Positions 1 to 9,946 of a stretch of DNA of 32,000 nt are shown in pieces (positions within the stretch are counted from its first letter, which is position 1; each line of letters begins with the position of its first letter). Under the pieces are notes generated by a model. The model ran no database searches, was not told the origin of the DNA, and saw only the letters and a list, made by a program, of their open reading frames with translations. Made by a program: the position numbers and the translations under genes. The DNA comes from Dickeya solani IPO 2222 (lineage in GTDB: Bacteria; Pseudomonadota; Gammaproteobacteria; Enterobacterales; Enterobacteriaceae): the NCBI RefSeq assembly GCF_001644705.1, contig NZ_CP015137.1:4230001-4262000 (forward strand), read 5' to 3'.

Positions 1-746
1 ACAATCAGGACGGTTTTCAACAGCTGTTCAGCGAGCTGGGCATCGCCAACCGTTTCCAGGTGGTGCCGGGACGTACTCGCATTAATGTCAAACTCACCGA
101 GCAGAATGGCGAGGTGACCGACCTGAATTTCTCCGGTTTCGAGGTAACCCAGCAGGACTGGCAGCGTTTCGTCAACGATTCGCTGAGCTGGCTGGGCCAG
201 TTTGACATGGTTGCCGTTAGCGGCAGTCTGCCGAGCGGCGTTGACCCGGATGCGTTTACCGACTGGATGTCACGCCTGCGCAGTCAGTGCCCGTGCATTA
301 TTTTTGACAGCAGCCGCGAAGCGCTGGTGGCAGGCCTGAAAGCCTCGCCGTGGCTGGTGAAACCCAACCGCCGGGAGCTGGAAATCTGGGCCGGACGTAA
401 GTTGCCCACGCTGGCGGATGTGGTGGATGCGGCGCATGCGCTGCGTGAACAGGGTATTGCCCATGTCGTGATTTCGCTGGGAGCGGAAGGTGCGCTGTGG
501 GTCAATGCGTCTGGTGCCTGGTTGGCGAAGCCGCCGGCCTGTGAAGTGATCAGTACGGTAGGTGCGGGTGACTCCATGGTGGGGGGATTGATCTATGGCT
601 TATTGATGCGTGAGTCCAGTGAACACACGTTGCGCCTGGCCACTGCGGTGGCAGCATTGGCCGTCAGCCAGAGCAACGTAGGCATTAGCGATCGCCCGCA
701 GCTGGCTGCGATGATGGCGCGTGTCGATCTAAAACCATTTAACTGA
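1..746 (+). CDS. fruK: 1-phosphofructokinase, 5' end cut by window edge
   Basis: The frame is open from nt 3 (NQDGFQQLFSELGIANRFQVVPGRTRINVKL...), so the GTG at 60 in the ORF track is not the true start. It has the PfkB-family C-terminal motif VISTVGAGDSMVGG. The stop lies 16 nt before fruA, as in fruBKA operons. Confidence 0.9.
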   Translation, partial: NQDGFQQLFSELGIANRFQVVPGRTRINVKLTEQNGEVTDLNFSGFEVTQQDWQRFVNDSLSWLGQFDMVAVSGSLPSGVDPDAFTDWMSRLRSQCPCIIFDSSREALVAGLKASPWLVKPNRRELEIWAGRKLPTLADVVDAAHALREQGIAHVVISLGAEGALWVNASGAWLAKPPACEVISTVGAGDSMVGGLIYGLLMRESSEHTLRLATAVAALAVSQSNVGISDRPQLAAMMARVDLKPFN

Positions 747-762
747 CAGCAGGAGATAAACA

Positions 763-2448
763 ATGAAAACGCTGCTGATACTTGATAAATCACTGGGACT
801 GGCGAAAAGCCGTCTGGTGAAAAATTTGCTCGGTGCTGCTGCAGCTAACGCAGGACTTATCCTCACTGAGCAGTTTGCCGATGCGGAGCTGGCCATCGTG
901 CTGGGTGCTCCCGTACAGGCAGACAGTGGTCTGAATGGCAAAAAAGTGTTTGCCGGGGATACAGAACTGGCATTGAGTCAACCGGCGGCGTTTCTGGAAA
1001 AAGCCAAAGCGGAAGCGCAGTCGTATCAGGCGCCGGCCACCGCTGCGGCGGCCCCGGCTACCGCCAAACGCATCGTGGCGGTGACCGCCTGTCCGACTGG
1101 GGTGGCGCACACCTTCATGGCGGCGGAAGCGATTGAAAGCGAAGCGAAAAAGCGCGGCTGGTGGGTGAAGGTCGAAACCCGCGGTTCCGTGGGTGCCGGC
1201 AACCCGATCAGCCCGGAAGACGTCGAGCAGGCGGATCTGGTGATCGTGGCGGCGGACATTGAAGTTGACCTTAGCAAATTTGCTGGCAAAAAGATGTACC
1301 GCACCTCCACCGGTCTGGCGCTGAAGAAGACGGCGCAGGAGTTTGACAAGGCGCTGTCCGAGGCGACGGTGTTCCAGCCGTCCGCCCAGAGCAGTGCGGC
1401 GGCCGGCGGCGAGTCCGCCAGGAAAGGCGGTGCTGGACCATACCGTCACCTGCTGACCGGCGTGTCCTACATGCTGCCGATGGTGGTGGCAGGCGGTCTG
1501 TGTATCGCCCTGTCGTTCGTGTTCGGGATTACGGCATTCAAGGAAGAAGGTACGCTGGCTGCCGCGCTGATGAAGATCGGCGGTGGGTCGGCCTTTGCCC
1601 TGATGGTGCCGGTACTGGCCGGTTATATCGCGTTCTCGATTGCTGACCGTCCGGGCCTGACGCCGGGTCTGGTCGGCGGTATGCTGGCGGTTAGCACCGG
1701 CGCCGGCTTCCTCGGTGGTATCATCGCCGGTTTCCTGGCCGGTTATCTGGCTCGCGCCATCAGCAACCATGTGACGCTGCCGCAGAGCATGTCGGCGCTG
1801 AAACCGATCCTGATTATTCCGCTGGTCGCCACGCTGATCACCGGTTTGATCATGATCTACGTGGTGGGTACGCCGGTAGCGAAAATCCTGACCGGTCTGA
1901 CCGGCTGGCTGCAGTCGATGGGCACGGCCAATGCGGTCATTCTGGGCGCGATTCTGGGCGGTATGATGTGTACCGACATGGGTGGCCCGGTGAACAAAGT
2001 GGCTTACGTGTTCGGTACTACGCTGCTGAGTAGCCAGGTGTATGCGCCGATGGCCGCCGTCATGGCTGCCGGTATGGTGCCGCCGCTGGCGATGGGTCTG
2101 GCGACCTTTATTGCCGGCAAAAAATTCACCGCCAACGAACGTGAAGGCGGCAAGGCGGCGGTGGTGCTGGGTCTGTGCTTCATCTCCGAAGGGGCCATTC
2201 CTTACGCTGCCCGCGACCCGATGCGTGTGCTGCCGTGCTGTATCCTGGGCGGTGCGCTGACCGGCGCGACCTCTATGGCGATTGGCGCGAAGCTGATGGC
2301 GCCGCACGGCGGTCTGTTCGTGCTGCTGATTCCGGGTGCGATTACGCCGGTACTGGGTTATCTGTTCTCCATCATCGCCGGTACGGTAGTGGCTGGCGTG
2401 CTGTATGCCGTGCTGAAACGTCCGGAAGAGCAACTGGCCAAAGCCTGA
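763..2448 (+). CDS. fruA: PTS fructose-specific EIIB'BC component
   Basis: The 561-aa product is collinear with my recollection of E. coli FruA (MKTLLI..., VTACPTGVAHTFMAAEAIE..AKKRGWWVKVETRGSVG, GGPVNK, FISEGAIP..ARDPMRVLP). An AGGAG RBS lies 7 nt upstream. Confidence 0.93.
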   Translation: MKTLLILDKSLGLAKSRLVKNLLGAAAANAGLILTEQFADAELAIVLGAPVQADSGLNGKKVFAGDTELALSQPAAFLEKAKAEAQSYQAPATAAAAPATAKRIVAVTACPTGVAHTFMAAEAIESEAKKRGWWVKVETRGSVGAGNPISPEDVEQADLVIVAADIEVDLSKFAGKKMYRTSTGLALKKTAQEFDKALSEATVFQPSAQSSAAAGGESARKGGAGPYRHLLTGVSYMLPMVVAGGLCIALSFVFGITAFKEEGTLAAALMKIGGGSAFALMVPVLAGYIAFSIADRPGLTPGLVGGMLAVSTGAGFLGGIIAGFLAGYLARAISNHVTLPQSMSALKPILIIPLVATLITGLIMIYVVGTPVAKILTGLTGWLQSMGTANAVILGAILGGMMCTDMGGPVNKVAYVFGTTLLSSQVYAPMAAVMAAGMVPPLAMGLATFIAGKKFTANEREGGKAAVVLGLCFISEGAIPYAARDPMRVLPCCILGGALTGATSMAIGAKLMAPHGGLFVLLIPGAITPVLGYLFSIIAGTVVAGVLYAVLKRPEEQLAKA

Positions 2449-2470
2449 TTGCCGCTGTAACCTGATGACA

Positions 2471-2500
2471 AACGCCAGTCTTGCGACTGGCGTTTTTTTT
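2471..2500 (+). terminator. Rho-independent terminator of the fru operon
   Basis: Perfect 10-bp stem aacgccagtc/gactggcgtt with loop ttgc, followed by a run of T. Confidence 0.75.
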
Positions 2501-2572
2501 ACGTTTTTTTCGCCGAATCGGGTAATAGCGGTATGATTTTGCATTGCTGTGGGGGAAGAGAAGGAGAACCGT

Positions 2573-3283
2573 ATGCCGCGTCACCATGCCAGTCGTGGAA
2601 TTTTGGTGTTGGAATCGCCCTGGGAACTGGATGAGCATGATGCCAACCGCTCATCCGTGGTGCCGTTTATTGAAGGCATCGCCAAAGTTGCCGGTGATAC
2701 CGAGGTGTATTACGCGAATTTCTACGATAAGAAGAGTTTTCGCACCGCACTACATTGCCTGTGCAAGATCCCGTTCAAAAACATCATTATCTATGTCGCC
2801 GCGCACGGTCAGGGAAAAGAGCTTGGCGGTACGCATATCCGGGATGTCCTCGTACCGGTCGGTGAATTGTCCCATCATTTCAATATTACCGGGCTGTTGC
2901 TCGGCGCTTGTTTCGTGGGCGCGCATACCGATCTAATGGAAACGTTTACCAGCGGCAATTATTTGCGCTGGTGCGCCGGATATGCCTCAGAAACCGAATG
3001 GCTTACTGGTACGCTGATTGACTGTGCCATCATCAATCAAATGCTATCGCTAAAAAAGAACGCCTTCTCAGATCGCGATACTATTGTCGAGAACCTGGCG
3101 CTGGCGATTTCTCCCTTCCACGATAAATACGCGATTGGGCGTGATACGCACGGCAAGCCGATGCAACTGCGCGATGCCTTTCAATGTGTGGTTCAGCCCA
3201 GTGGGCAAGGGCATAAGCCGCGCACGGTGTCGGACAAGGTCTTCCAGCGAGCGGGGCAATTGAGGCGGCAGGAAGTTGAATAA
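2573..3283 (+). CDS. Hypothetical protein with caspase/CHAT-like His...Cys strand pattern (function unknown)
   Basis: I prefer the ATG at 2573 because AAGGAG sits 6 nt upstream; the GTG at 2549 in the track is probably an extension. The 236-aa product has no signal peptide or TM segment visible. Motifs are NIIIYVAAHGQG and, about 40 aa later, ITGLLLGACFVG. It lies between the fruA terminator and nfo. Confidence 0.6.
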   Translation: MPRHHASRGILVLESPWELDEHDANRSSVVPFIEGIAKVAGDTEVYYANFYDKKSFRTALHCLCKIPFKNIIIYVAAHGQGKELGGTHIRDVLVPVGELSHHFNITGLLLGACFVGAHTDLMETFTSGNYLRWCAGYASETEWLTGTLIDCAIINQMLSLKKNAFSDRDTIVENLALAISPFHDKYAIGRDTHGKPMQLRDAFQCVVQPSGQGHKPRTVSDKVFQRAGQLRRQEVE

Positions 3284-3334
3284 GCGGGCGGCCTAAACGC
3301 GTGCCGCCACGTGAATATTTAGGCGAGTGAGGGG

Positions 3335-4192
3335 TCAGGTGACGCTGGCGGGCGATTGCTGTGACTTCAGCCAGGCGATTTCCTGCGCCCAGATATTCGG
3401 GTTGATGGTTTCCAGAATCAGCGGAATACCGTCAAAGCGCGGGTCGCGCATAATATAGCTGAATACGGTTTTACCGATGTTGCCTTCTCCCAGGCTGTGG
3501 TGACGGTCTACCCGGCTGTTGAATTCGCTTTTGGCGTCATTCAGGTGCATACCGCGCAAATAGCGGAAACCGACTACGCGTTCCAGTTCGGCAAAAGCGA
3601 GCTCGCAATCGGCTTCGGTGCGCAGATCATAACCGCCGGCAAAGGCGTGGCAGGTGTCGATACAGAAGCCGACCCGACTTTTGTCTTCCACCTGATCGAT
3701 GATTTCCGCCAGATGTTCAAAGCGGAACCCCAGATTGCTGCCCTGACCGGCGGTATTTTCAATCACGGCGGTCACGCCGGCGGTGGCGTCCAGCGCCAGG
3801 TTGATAGACCGGGCGATGCGGCTCAGACAGGTACTTTCGTCGATCTGACGCAGGTGACTGCCGGGATGGAAATTCAGCAACGTGAGCCCCAGTTGCTGAC
3901 AGCGCGATATTTCATCGATAAACGCCGCCTGGGATTTCTGTAAGGCGTCGTCGTCCGGGTGCCCCAGATTGATCAGGTAGCTGTCGTGCGGCAGAATTTG
4001 GGCCGGGGTGAACTGATACTGCGCACAGGCGGCCCGGAAACGATCGATGACATCCGCCGCCAACGGCGGGGCCTGCCACTGGCGCTGATTTTTGGTAAAC
4101 AGCGCGAACGCGGTGGCACCGATGTCATGGGCGCGGGCAACCGCCTGATCCACGCCGCCCGAGGCGCTGACGTGGGCTCCGACATATTTCAT
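3335..4192 (-). CDS. nfo: Endonuclease IV
   Basis: From the ATG at 4192 (AGGAG RBS upstream) the product is 285 aa and begins [13 protein letters not shown]...[11 protein letters not shown], matching E. coli Nfo in length and sequence. The track ORF start at 4219 is an upstream extension. Confidence 0.92.
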   Translation of the reverse strand: MKYVGAHVSASGGVDQAVARAHDIGATAFALFTKNQRQWQAPPLAADVIDRFRAACAQYQFTPAQILPHDSYLINLGHPDDDALQKSQAAFIDEISRCQQLGLTLLNFHPGSHLRQIDESTCLSRIARSINLALDATAGVTAVIENTAGQGSNLGFRFEHLAEIIDQVEDKSRVGFCIDTCHAFAGGYDLRTEADCELAFAELERVVGFRYLRGMHLNDAKSEFNSRVDRHHSLGEGNIGKTVFSYIMRDPRFDGIPLILETINPNIWAQEIAWLKSQQSPASVT

Positions 4193-4258
4193 GCTTTTCT
4201 CCTTTTTATACCCGCGCATTATGACATTACCGCTTGGCTGGATGTAGCCTTGTTTCGT

Positions 4259-5341
4259 TCAGGCCAAGAGGTGTTGTACCCCTATATTGATGGCTGCGCC
4301 GCCTGCCACCAGCCAGAGAAACAGGACCGCCGCCAGCAGCAACGGCTTGATGCCGGCCTGTCGTAGCGTGCTCAGGCGCGTGGCCAGCCCCAGCGCCACC
4401 ATCGCCATGGTCAACAGCGCATTATCCAGTTGCGTCAGCATGGCGACCCAACCTGCCGGCAGCCAGTTCAGCGAGTTGACCCCGCACATCAACACAAAAC
4501 CCAGGGCGAACCACGGATAACCGGCGGTGGCGGCCGCGGTAGCCTGATGCGCGGGTTGACGCTGTTTCAGCCACAGACCGAGCAGAAACAGGAACGGCGC
4601 CAGCATCATGACACGCAGCATCTTGCCGATTACCGCCGTATTCTCGGTCACCGGGCCGATAGCGTGGCCGGCGGCCACTACCTGCGCGACTTCATGCACC
4701 GTTGAGCCGAGGTAGAGTCCGAAAGTCTGCGGGGTAAATAACCAGCCGCTATACTGGATAAAATGTTGGTACAGCCACGGGTAAAAAAACATGGCGGTGG
4801 TGCCGAACAGCACCACGGTCGATACCGCCACCGCTACCTTGTCGGCCGAGCTTTTCAGCACCGGCGCGGTGGCCAGCACGGCGGCGGCGCCGCAAATGCT
4901 GCTGCCTGCGCCGATCAGCAATACGGTGTGCCGATCCAGCCGGAACCAGCGCTGTCCCAGCCAGCAGGCGAGCAGCAGAGTAGAGGTGAGCGTCAACAGG
5001 TCGATCACCAGACCGGCGGCGCCGATGGCGGTGATTTGCTGAAAGCTGAGTTTGAAGCCGTACAGGATGATGCCCCAGCGCAGCAGATGATGCCGGGACC
5101 ACTGAACGCCGGCGTCACTCCAGGGTTGCAGATGCGCGTAGACGGTATTGCCCAGCACCATGCCAACCAGTATCGCCAGCGTCAGGGAACCTAGTCCTAA
5201 TCCGGCTATCGTCGGCTGGACGGATAACCATAATACGCCTCGGGTCAGCAGGCCGGTCAGGATGATGCCGATCAGCAGGTGGCCGGCGGCGGACAAAGGG
5301 GAAAAACGTTGTACCCTGGAAGAAAATGAAAACATAGCCAT
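4259..5341 (-). CDS. yeiH: YeiH/UPF0324 family inner-membrane protein
   Basis: Polytopic membrane protein with YeiH-like blocks (LRLGIILYGF.L.FQQI, LIGAGSSICGAAAVLAT, GSTVHEVAQVVAAGHAI, KMLRVMMLAPFL). It is divergent from yeiE as in E. coli. The start is ambiguous: GTG 5347, ATG 5341 or ATG 5335. Confidence 0.85.
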   Translation of the reverse strand: MAMFSFSSRVQRFSPLSAAGHLLIGIILTGLLTRGVLWLSVQPTIAGLGLGSLTLAILVGMVLGNTVYAHLQPWSDAGVQWSRHHLLRWGIILYGFKLSFQQITAIGAAGLVIDLLTLTSTLLLACWLGQRWFRLDRHTVLLIGAGSSICGAAAVLATAPVLKSSADKVAVAVSTVVLFGTTAMFFYPWLYQHFIQYSGWLFTPQTFGLYLGSTVHEVAQVVAAGHAIGPVTENTAVIGKMLRVMMLAPFLFLLGLWLKQRQPAHQATAAATAGYPWFALGFVLMCGVNSLNWLPAGWVAMLTQLDNALLTMAMVALGLATRLSTLRQAGIKPLLLAAVLFLWLVAGGAAINIGVQHLLA

Positions 5342-5406
5342 ACCCACTCTGGATGATAGAGGTTGAGGGCACAGCCTATGATCAGCACACTTAAAATAGA
5401 AATTGA

Positions 5407-5420
5407 TTATATATTTATAA
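5407..5420. promoter_or_regulatory. Candidate LysR-type (YeiE) operator in the yeiH/yeiE divergent region
   Basis: AT-rich dyad TTATA-TATT-TATAA sits in the 100-bp divergent intergenic region. LysR regulators typically bind T-N11-A dyads there. This call rests on sequence pattern only. Confidence 0.25.
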
Positions 5421-5448
5421 CCTATAGATATTTACGATAAGAGCCCCT

Positions 5449-6327
5449 ATGCATATTACGTTACGTCAACTGGAAGTGTTTACCGAAGTCCTGAAAAGTG
5501 GTTCAACGACCCAGGCTTCGGTGGTGTTGTCGCTGTCACAGTCGGCCGTCAGCGCGGCGCTGGCTGATCTTGAAAGTCAGTTGGGGGTGCAACTGTTTGA
5601 CCGCGTCGGCAAACGGCTGGTGGTCAATGAGCACGGTCGCCTGTTGTATCCCAAAGCGCTGGCGCTGCTGGAGCAGTCGGCGGAGATCGAGCAGCTGTTC
5701 CGGCGCGATAATGGCGCGCTGCGGATTTATGCCAGCAGTACCATCGGCAATTATCTGATGCCGGCGATGATTGCCCGCTACCGTCAGGATTTCCCGGCCA
5801 TTCCGCTGGAACTGTACGTGGGCAATACGCTGGATGTGGTGAATGCCGTTTCCGAATTCCGGGTCGATCTGGGACTGATTGAAGGGCCGTGCCACCATCC
5901 CGAACTGATCACCCAGCCCTGGCGGGAAGATGAACTGGTGGTGTTTTGTGCGCCGGGCAATCCGCTGATTGATCATGACTTTACGTTACAGATGCTGGCG
6001 GACGCGCCCTGGATCCTGCGTGAACACGGCTCGGGGACGCGTGAAGTGCTGGACCATCTGTTGCTGGCGCGCCTGCCGCATTTCCGGCTGGTGATGGAGT
6101 TGGGCAACTCGGAGGCGATCAAGCACGCGGTGCGGCACGGCATTGGCATCAGCTGCCTGTCGCGCCATGTGATCGCCGACCAGCTTGCCACCGGCGCGCT
6201 GGTGGAACTGTCGGTTCCTTTGCCGCCGCTGAACCGCACGCTGTATCTGGTGCACCACCGCCAGAAACATTTATCCGGCGTGCTGCAATGTTTTCTGGGG
6301 TATTGTCAGGGCGATGACGGTATCTAA
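5449..6327 (+). CDS. yeiE: LysR-family transcriptional regulator YeiE
   Basis: The 292-aa product has an N-terminal wHTH ([42 protein letters not shown]). Position and orientation between yeiH and lysP are as in E. coli. Confidence 0.85.
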   Translation: MHITLRQLEVFTEVLKSGSTTQASVVLSLSQSAVSAALADLESQLGVQLFDRVGKRLVVNEHGRLLYPKALALLEQSAEIEQLFRRDNGALRIYASSTIGNYLMPAMIARYRQDFPAIPLELYVGNTLDVVNAVSEFRVDLGLIEGPCHHPELITQPWREDELVVFCAPGNPLIDHDFTLQMLADAPWILREHGSGTREVLDHLLLARLPHFRLVMELGNSEAIKHAVRHGIGISCLSRHVIADQLATGALVELSVPLPPLNRTLYLVHHRQKHLSGVLQCFLGYCQGDDGI

Positions 6328-6490
6328 ACAGACTGGCAACACTGGCGTAACGAACGGGGCATCAATCCAGAGGAGTTTCTTATGATGCCGGCTGAGTTAT
6401 GAAGGTCTCTTATAATCCGCGCTGTGCGCTATTCAGCGGGTAGCGGATTGCCTACAATCCGCCCTCAAATTTTCAAGGGCATGAATTGTA

Positions 6491-7963
6491 ATGGCTCAAC
6501 ATGAAACTCACTCCGCCGAACAGCGGGGAACCACACTGCGCCGTGAGCTGAAAGCGCGGCATTTGACGATGATCGCCATTGGCGGTTCGATCGGCACCGG
6601 GTTGTTTGTCGCTTCCGGCGCGACGGTGTCGCAAGCCGGGCCCGGCGGTGCGATGCTGTCTTATGCGCTGATCGGCCTGATGGTTTATTTCCTGATGACC
6701 AGTCTTGGCGAACTGGCGGCATTCATGCCGGTTTCCGGTTCGTTTTCCACCTATGGCGCGCGCTATGTGGAAGAAGGGTTCGGCTTCGCGCTGGGCTGGA
6801 ACTACTGGTACAACTGGGCGGTGACCATCGCGGTCGACCTGGTGGCGGCGCAACTGGTGATGGGATATTGGTTCCCGTCGGCGCCCGGCTGGGTGTGGAG
6901 CGCGCTGTTCCTGTCGCTGATGTTTTTGCTGAACTACATCTCCGTCAAAGGGTTTGGCGAAGCGGAATACTGGTTCTCGCTGATTAAGGTCACCACCGTC
7001 ATCCTGTTTATCGCGGTCGGGCTGCTGATGATGATCGGCATTGTGCGCGGGGGCGAACACGCGGGCTGGCATAACTGGCAGATTGGCGATGCGCCGTTCG
7101 CCGGCGGCTTTTCCGCCATGATCGGCGTGGCGATGATTGTCGGTTTCTCGTTCCAGGGCACCGAACTGATCGGCGTGGCGGCGGGGGAATCAAAAGACCC
7201 GCAGACCAATATTCCGCGCGCGGTTCGCCAGGTGTTCTGGCGTATTCTGCTGTTCTATATTTTCGCCATCCTGATCATCAGCCTGCTGGTCCCTTACACC
7301 GACCCGAACCTGCTGCGCAATGATGTGAAAGATATCAGCGTTAGTCCGTTCACGCTGGTGTTCGAGAACGCCGGCCTGCTGTCGGCGGCGGCGGTGATGA
7401 ATGCGGTGATCCTGACCGCGGTGCTGTCGGCGGGTAATTCCGGCATGTACGCGTCCACCCGCATGCTGTTTACGCTGGCGCGGGAAGGTAAGGCACCGGC
7501 CTGTTTCGGCAAACTGTCGAAAGGCGGGGTGCCGCGCAACGCGCTGTACGCTACCACGGTGGTCGCGGGCCTGTGCTTTCTGTCGTCGATGTTCGGCAAC
7601 CAGACGGTGTACCTGTGGCTGCTGAATACCTCCGGTATGACCGGGTTCATCGCCTGGCTGGGGATTGCCATCAGCCACTACCGTTTCCGCCGCGGTTACG
7701 TCATGCAGGGACTTGACCTGAACGCGTTACCGTACCGTTCCGGTTTCTTCCCGCTGGGGCCGATCTTTGCTTTCGTGCTGTGCCTGATTATTACGCTGGG
7801 CCAGAACTATCAGGCGTTTTTGGCTGACAAGATCGACTGGTACGCGGTGACGGCGACTTACATCGGCATTCCGCTGTTTCTGGTGATCTGGCTTGGTTTC
7901 CGGTTAGTAAAAGGTTCGCGGATGGTGAAATACCGCGACATGACCTTCCCGCAACACCAGTAA
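6491..7963 (+). CDS. lysP: Lysine-specific permease (APC family)
   Basis: The 490-aa product contains LKARHLTMIAIGGSIGTGLFVASG and has 12-TM APC architecture. Length and synteny match E. coli LysP. Confidence 0.92.
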   Translation: MAQHETHSAEQRGTTLRRELKARHLTMIAIGGSIGTGLFVASGATVSQAGPGGAMLSYALIGLMVYFLMTSLGELAAFMPVSGSFSTYGARYVEEGFGFALGWNYWYNWAVTIAVDLVAAQLVMGYWFPSAPGWVWSALFLSLMFLLNYISVKGFGEAEYWFSLIKVTTVILFIAVGLLMMIGIVRGGEHAGWHNWQIGDAPFAGGFSAMIGVAMIVGFSFQGTELIGVAAGESKDPQTNIPRAVRQVFWRILLFYIFAILIISLLVPYTDPNLLRNDVKDISVSPFTLVFENAGLLSAAAVMNAVILTAVLSAGNSGMYASTRMLFTLAREGKAPACFGKLSKGGVPRNALYATTVVAGLCFLSSMFGNQTVYLWLLNTSGMTGFIAWLGIAISHYRFRRGYVMQGLDLNALPYRSGFFPLGPIFAFVLCLIITLGQNYQAFLADKIDWYAVTATYIGIPLFLVIWLGFRLVKGSRMVKYRDMTFPQHQ

Positions 7964-7977
7964 CCGTTGCGTAAAGC

Positions 7978-8010
7978 AAAAAAGCCAGCCGTATTGCGGC
8001 TGGCTTTTTT
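7978..8010. terminator. Bidirectional rho-independent terminator (lysP / sotB)
   Basis: The sequence aaaaaagccagccg-tattg-cggctggctttttt has an A-run and a T-run flanking a GC stem. It lies between convergent genes. Confidence 0.75.
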
Positions 8011-8045
8011 ATGGGCGAAAGAGATGGCGTTCAAACGCGACAGAC

Positions 8046-9233
8046 TTAAACCCGAGACTGCACCAGTCGCACGCTGCGGTAGACGCTGAGCAGGGTGGCG
8101 AACAGCGCCACCAGCACCAGCGGCGCACCGACATAACCGATTTTGTCCATCCCCAGATGCAGGCTGACCTGACTGCCCAGCAGCGCGCCGCCGCCGATGC
8201 CGAGATTGAACAACCCGGAGAAAATCGACATGGCGACATCGCTGGCGTCAGGCGCCAGCGACAGCACTTTGGCCTGCATCGCCAGCCCGATGGACATCAT
8301 CGCCAGCCCCCATACCAGACAGAGCAGCGTCAGGCCGAACGGATAACCGGACAGCGGCATCAGCAGCGCCAGACAGGCCAGCAACAGCAACATGGCGGTC
8401 ACCAGAAAGCCGATCGGGAAGCGTTCGCTGTAACGGCTGTAGAGCATACTGCCCACGATCCCGGCGCAGCCGAACAACAGCAAAATCAAGGTGGTGAAGT
8501 TTTCCGGCAAACCGGCGACCGTCTGGATAAACGGTTCGATATAGCTGTAAGCGGTGAAATGCGCGGTCACCACCACCACGGTCAGCAGGTAGAGGCCGAC
8601 CAGCGCCGGGCGGCGGAACAGTTTCGGCACGCTGGACAGCGAACCAGAATGCTCGCTGGGCAGCAACGGCAGCAAGCGCGCCAGCAGGATCATGGCGATC
8701 GTGGCGCCGGCGGCGATGGTCAGCAGGGTCACACGCCAACCGAGATACTGGCCAATTACCCGACCCAGCGGCAGCCCCAGCACCATCGCCAGCGACGACC
8801 CGGTGGCGATCAACCCCAACGCCTGCGCGCGTTTGCCGGGCGGCGCCATGCGAATCGCCAGCGAGGCGGTAATCGACCAGAATACCGAGTGCGCCAGCGC
8901 CACCCCGGCGCGGGAAATGACCAGTACGGTAAAGTTCCAGGCGACGGCAGACAGCAGGTGGCTGACGATAAACAGGCTGAACAGGCCAATCAGCAATTTA
9001 CGACGCTCAATGCCGCTGGTCAGCAACATGCAGATCAGCGAGGCCACCGCCACGATCCAGGCATAAATCGTAATCATCAGACCGACGTCTTCGGTTTTCA
9101 TGGCAAAGGAGTTGGCGATGTCGCTCAACAGCCCCACCGGAATAAATTCCGTGGTGTTGAAAATAAACGCGGCGATAGCCAATGTGACCACGCGCAGCCA
9201 GGCGGTGGCGCGCGAGGATGATGCGGATGTCAT
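8046..9233 (-). CDS. sotB: MFS sugar efflux transporter SotB/YdeA
   Basis: The 395-aa product is collinear with remembered E. coli YdeA/SotB ([67 protein letters not shown]). Confidence 0.88.
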   Translation of the reverse strand: MTSASSSRATAWLRVVTLAIAAFIFNTTEFIPVGLLSDIANSFAMKTEDVGLMITIYAWIVAVASLICMLLTSGIERRKLLIGLFSLFIVSHLLSAVAWNFTVLVISRAGVALAHSVFWSITASLAIRMAPPGKRAQALGLIATGSSLAMVLGLPLGRVIGQYLGWRVTLLTIAAGATIAMILLARLLPLLPSEHSGSLSSVPKLFRRPALVGLYLLTVVVVTAHFTAYSYIEPFIQTVAGLPENFTTLILLLFGCAGIVGSMLYSRYSERFPIGFLVTAMLLLLACLALLMPLSGYPFGLTLLCLVWGLAMMSIGLAMQAKVLSLAPDASDVAMSIFSGLFNLGIGGGALLGSQVSLHLGMDKIGYVGAPLVLVALFATLLSVYRSVRLVQSRV

Positions 9234-9804
9234 AACAGGATCCTGAACGGGTGTGACGGCGCTCTATTGTAGCCAATTGCGAGTGAAAATGCGATGACGC
9301 TCACATTTCAGCCAGGAGACGCCGCGCCTGAATTGTGGAGCGGCGCGCTGCTTTCGACGAACGTTTGGCGTCCCCGATGGCAGGCACAGTTGCGAAGACT
9401 GCCATCAGCAGGCGTTTCGCCGCGTTCGCTGTCGCGATTCATTGTGTGATACCGGCTAATATTATTGTAGATAGAATTATGCCGCCAAAATAATTGATGT
9501 TCAAAATTATGCGGCAGAATGAATATTATTAGTTCGTTGTATTTTTAAATAAGCCACATAAAGAAATATTATTTGTGTCTTTTGGTGATTGGTTATTATG
9601 GCATAGCGAAAATATTATTTATGAATATCCTTTGGGTGCGAATCTATGACACTTTTTTTACGCTTTTTATTTTCAAGCTGAATGCCGTGGATTTTACTTT
9701 TGGCAAGGGTTATAGCTTAAAATTAGCAATCTTTTCATTTATTTTATGATTTTATGACTATTTATTTATGACTGACCATAGAAAAAGAAATTGGTGTGCC
9801 TAAG

Positions 9805-9820
9805 AATTACCCTGGTAATT
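9805..9820. promoter_or_regulatory. Candidate operator dyad in the AT-rich leader of the tetronate-like cassette
   Basis: Perfect 7-bp inverted repeat AATTACC-CT-GGTAATT, about 130 nt upstream of the first cassette gene. No regulator is assigned. Confidence 0.25.
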
Positions 9821-9946
9821 ATTGTATTTTATAGAGCGGTAAAGTACATAATGTGAAATAGGTTTTTATAATGATGCGTGAAATTGCAGTTGCAAAAGAA
9901 AAGCAGGTGTGAGAGCTTTATCACAAGCTTCGATGAGGGAACAGCA

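Noticed and set aside
790-2544. Very long antisense ORFs opposite well-supported genes: 790..2544(-), 8157..9221(+), 13679..15130(-), 16934..17767(+), 20607..21302(+), 26650..27303(-), 28639..29517(-) and 30922..31983(-).
   Set aside because: Their products are Arg/His/Gln/Gly-rich low-complexity sequences typical of the mirror frame of GC-rich genes. Each lies fully inside a gene with strong family motifs on the other strand.
6328-6490. A lysine riboswitch (L-box) or attenuator upstream of lysP, prompted by the inverted repeat aatccgc...gcggatt and a TATAAT/TACAAT pair.
   Set aside because: The 160-nt region is too short for an L-box (~180 nt plus expression platform), and I see none of its conserved helices. 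In E. coli lysP is protein-regulated. The short repeat is more likely a promoter or operator feature that I cannot define.
8046-9233. The idea that the adjacent MFS gene is the dedicated exporter of the tetronate-like cassette.
   Set aside because: It is a close orthologue of the housekeeping sugar efflux pump SotB/YdeA, has host-like GC content, is divergently oriented, and is separated from the cassette by ~700 bp that include the compositional break. Adjacency alone does not support the link.
9376-9406. A perfect 8-bp hairpin (gatggcag...ctgccatc) upstream of sotB, considered as a possible island border or terminator.
   Set aside because: It has a 15-nt loop, no flanking T-run and no matching copy at the other end of the cassette. 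Evidence is insufficient to call it an att-like site or a terminator.
9878-9946. The GTG-initiated N-terminal extension of the KAS III-like ORF (MKLQLQKKSRCESFITSFDEGTA).
   Set aside because: The internal ATG at 9947 has a well-spaced GAGGGA RBS and aligns with the N-terminus of FabH-type proteins (MSVYINAVETYLP). The extension lies in AT-rich leader DNA.
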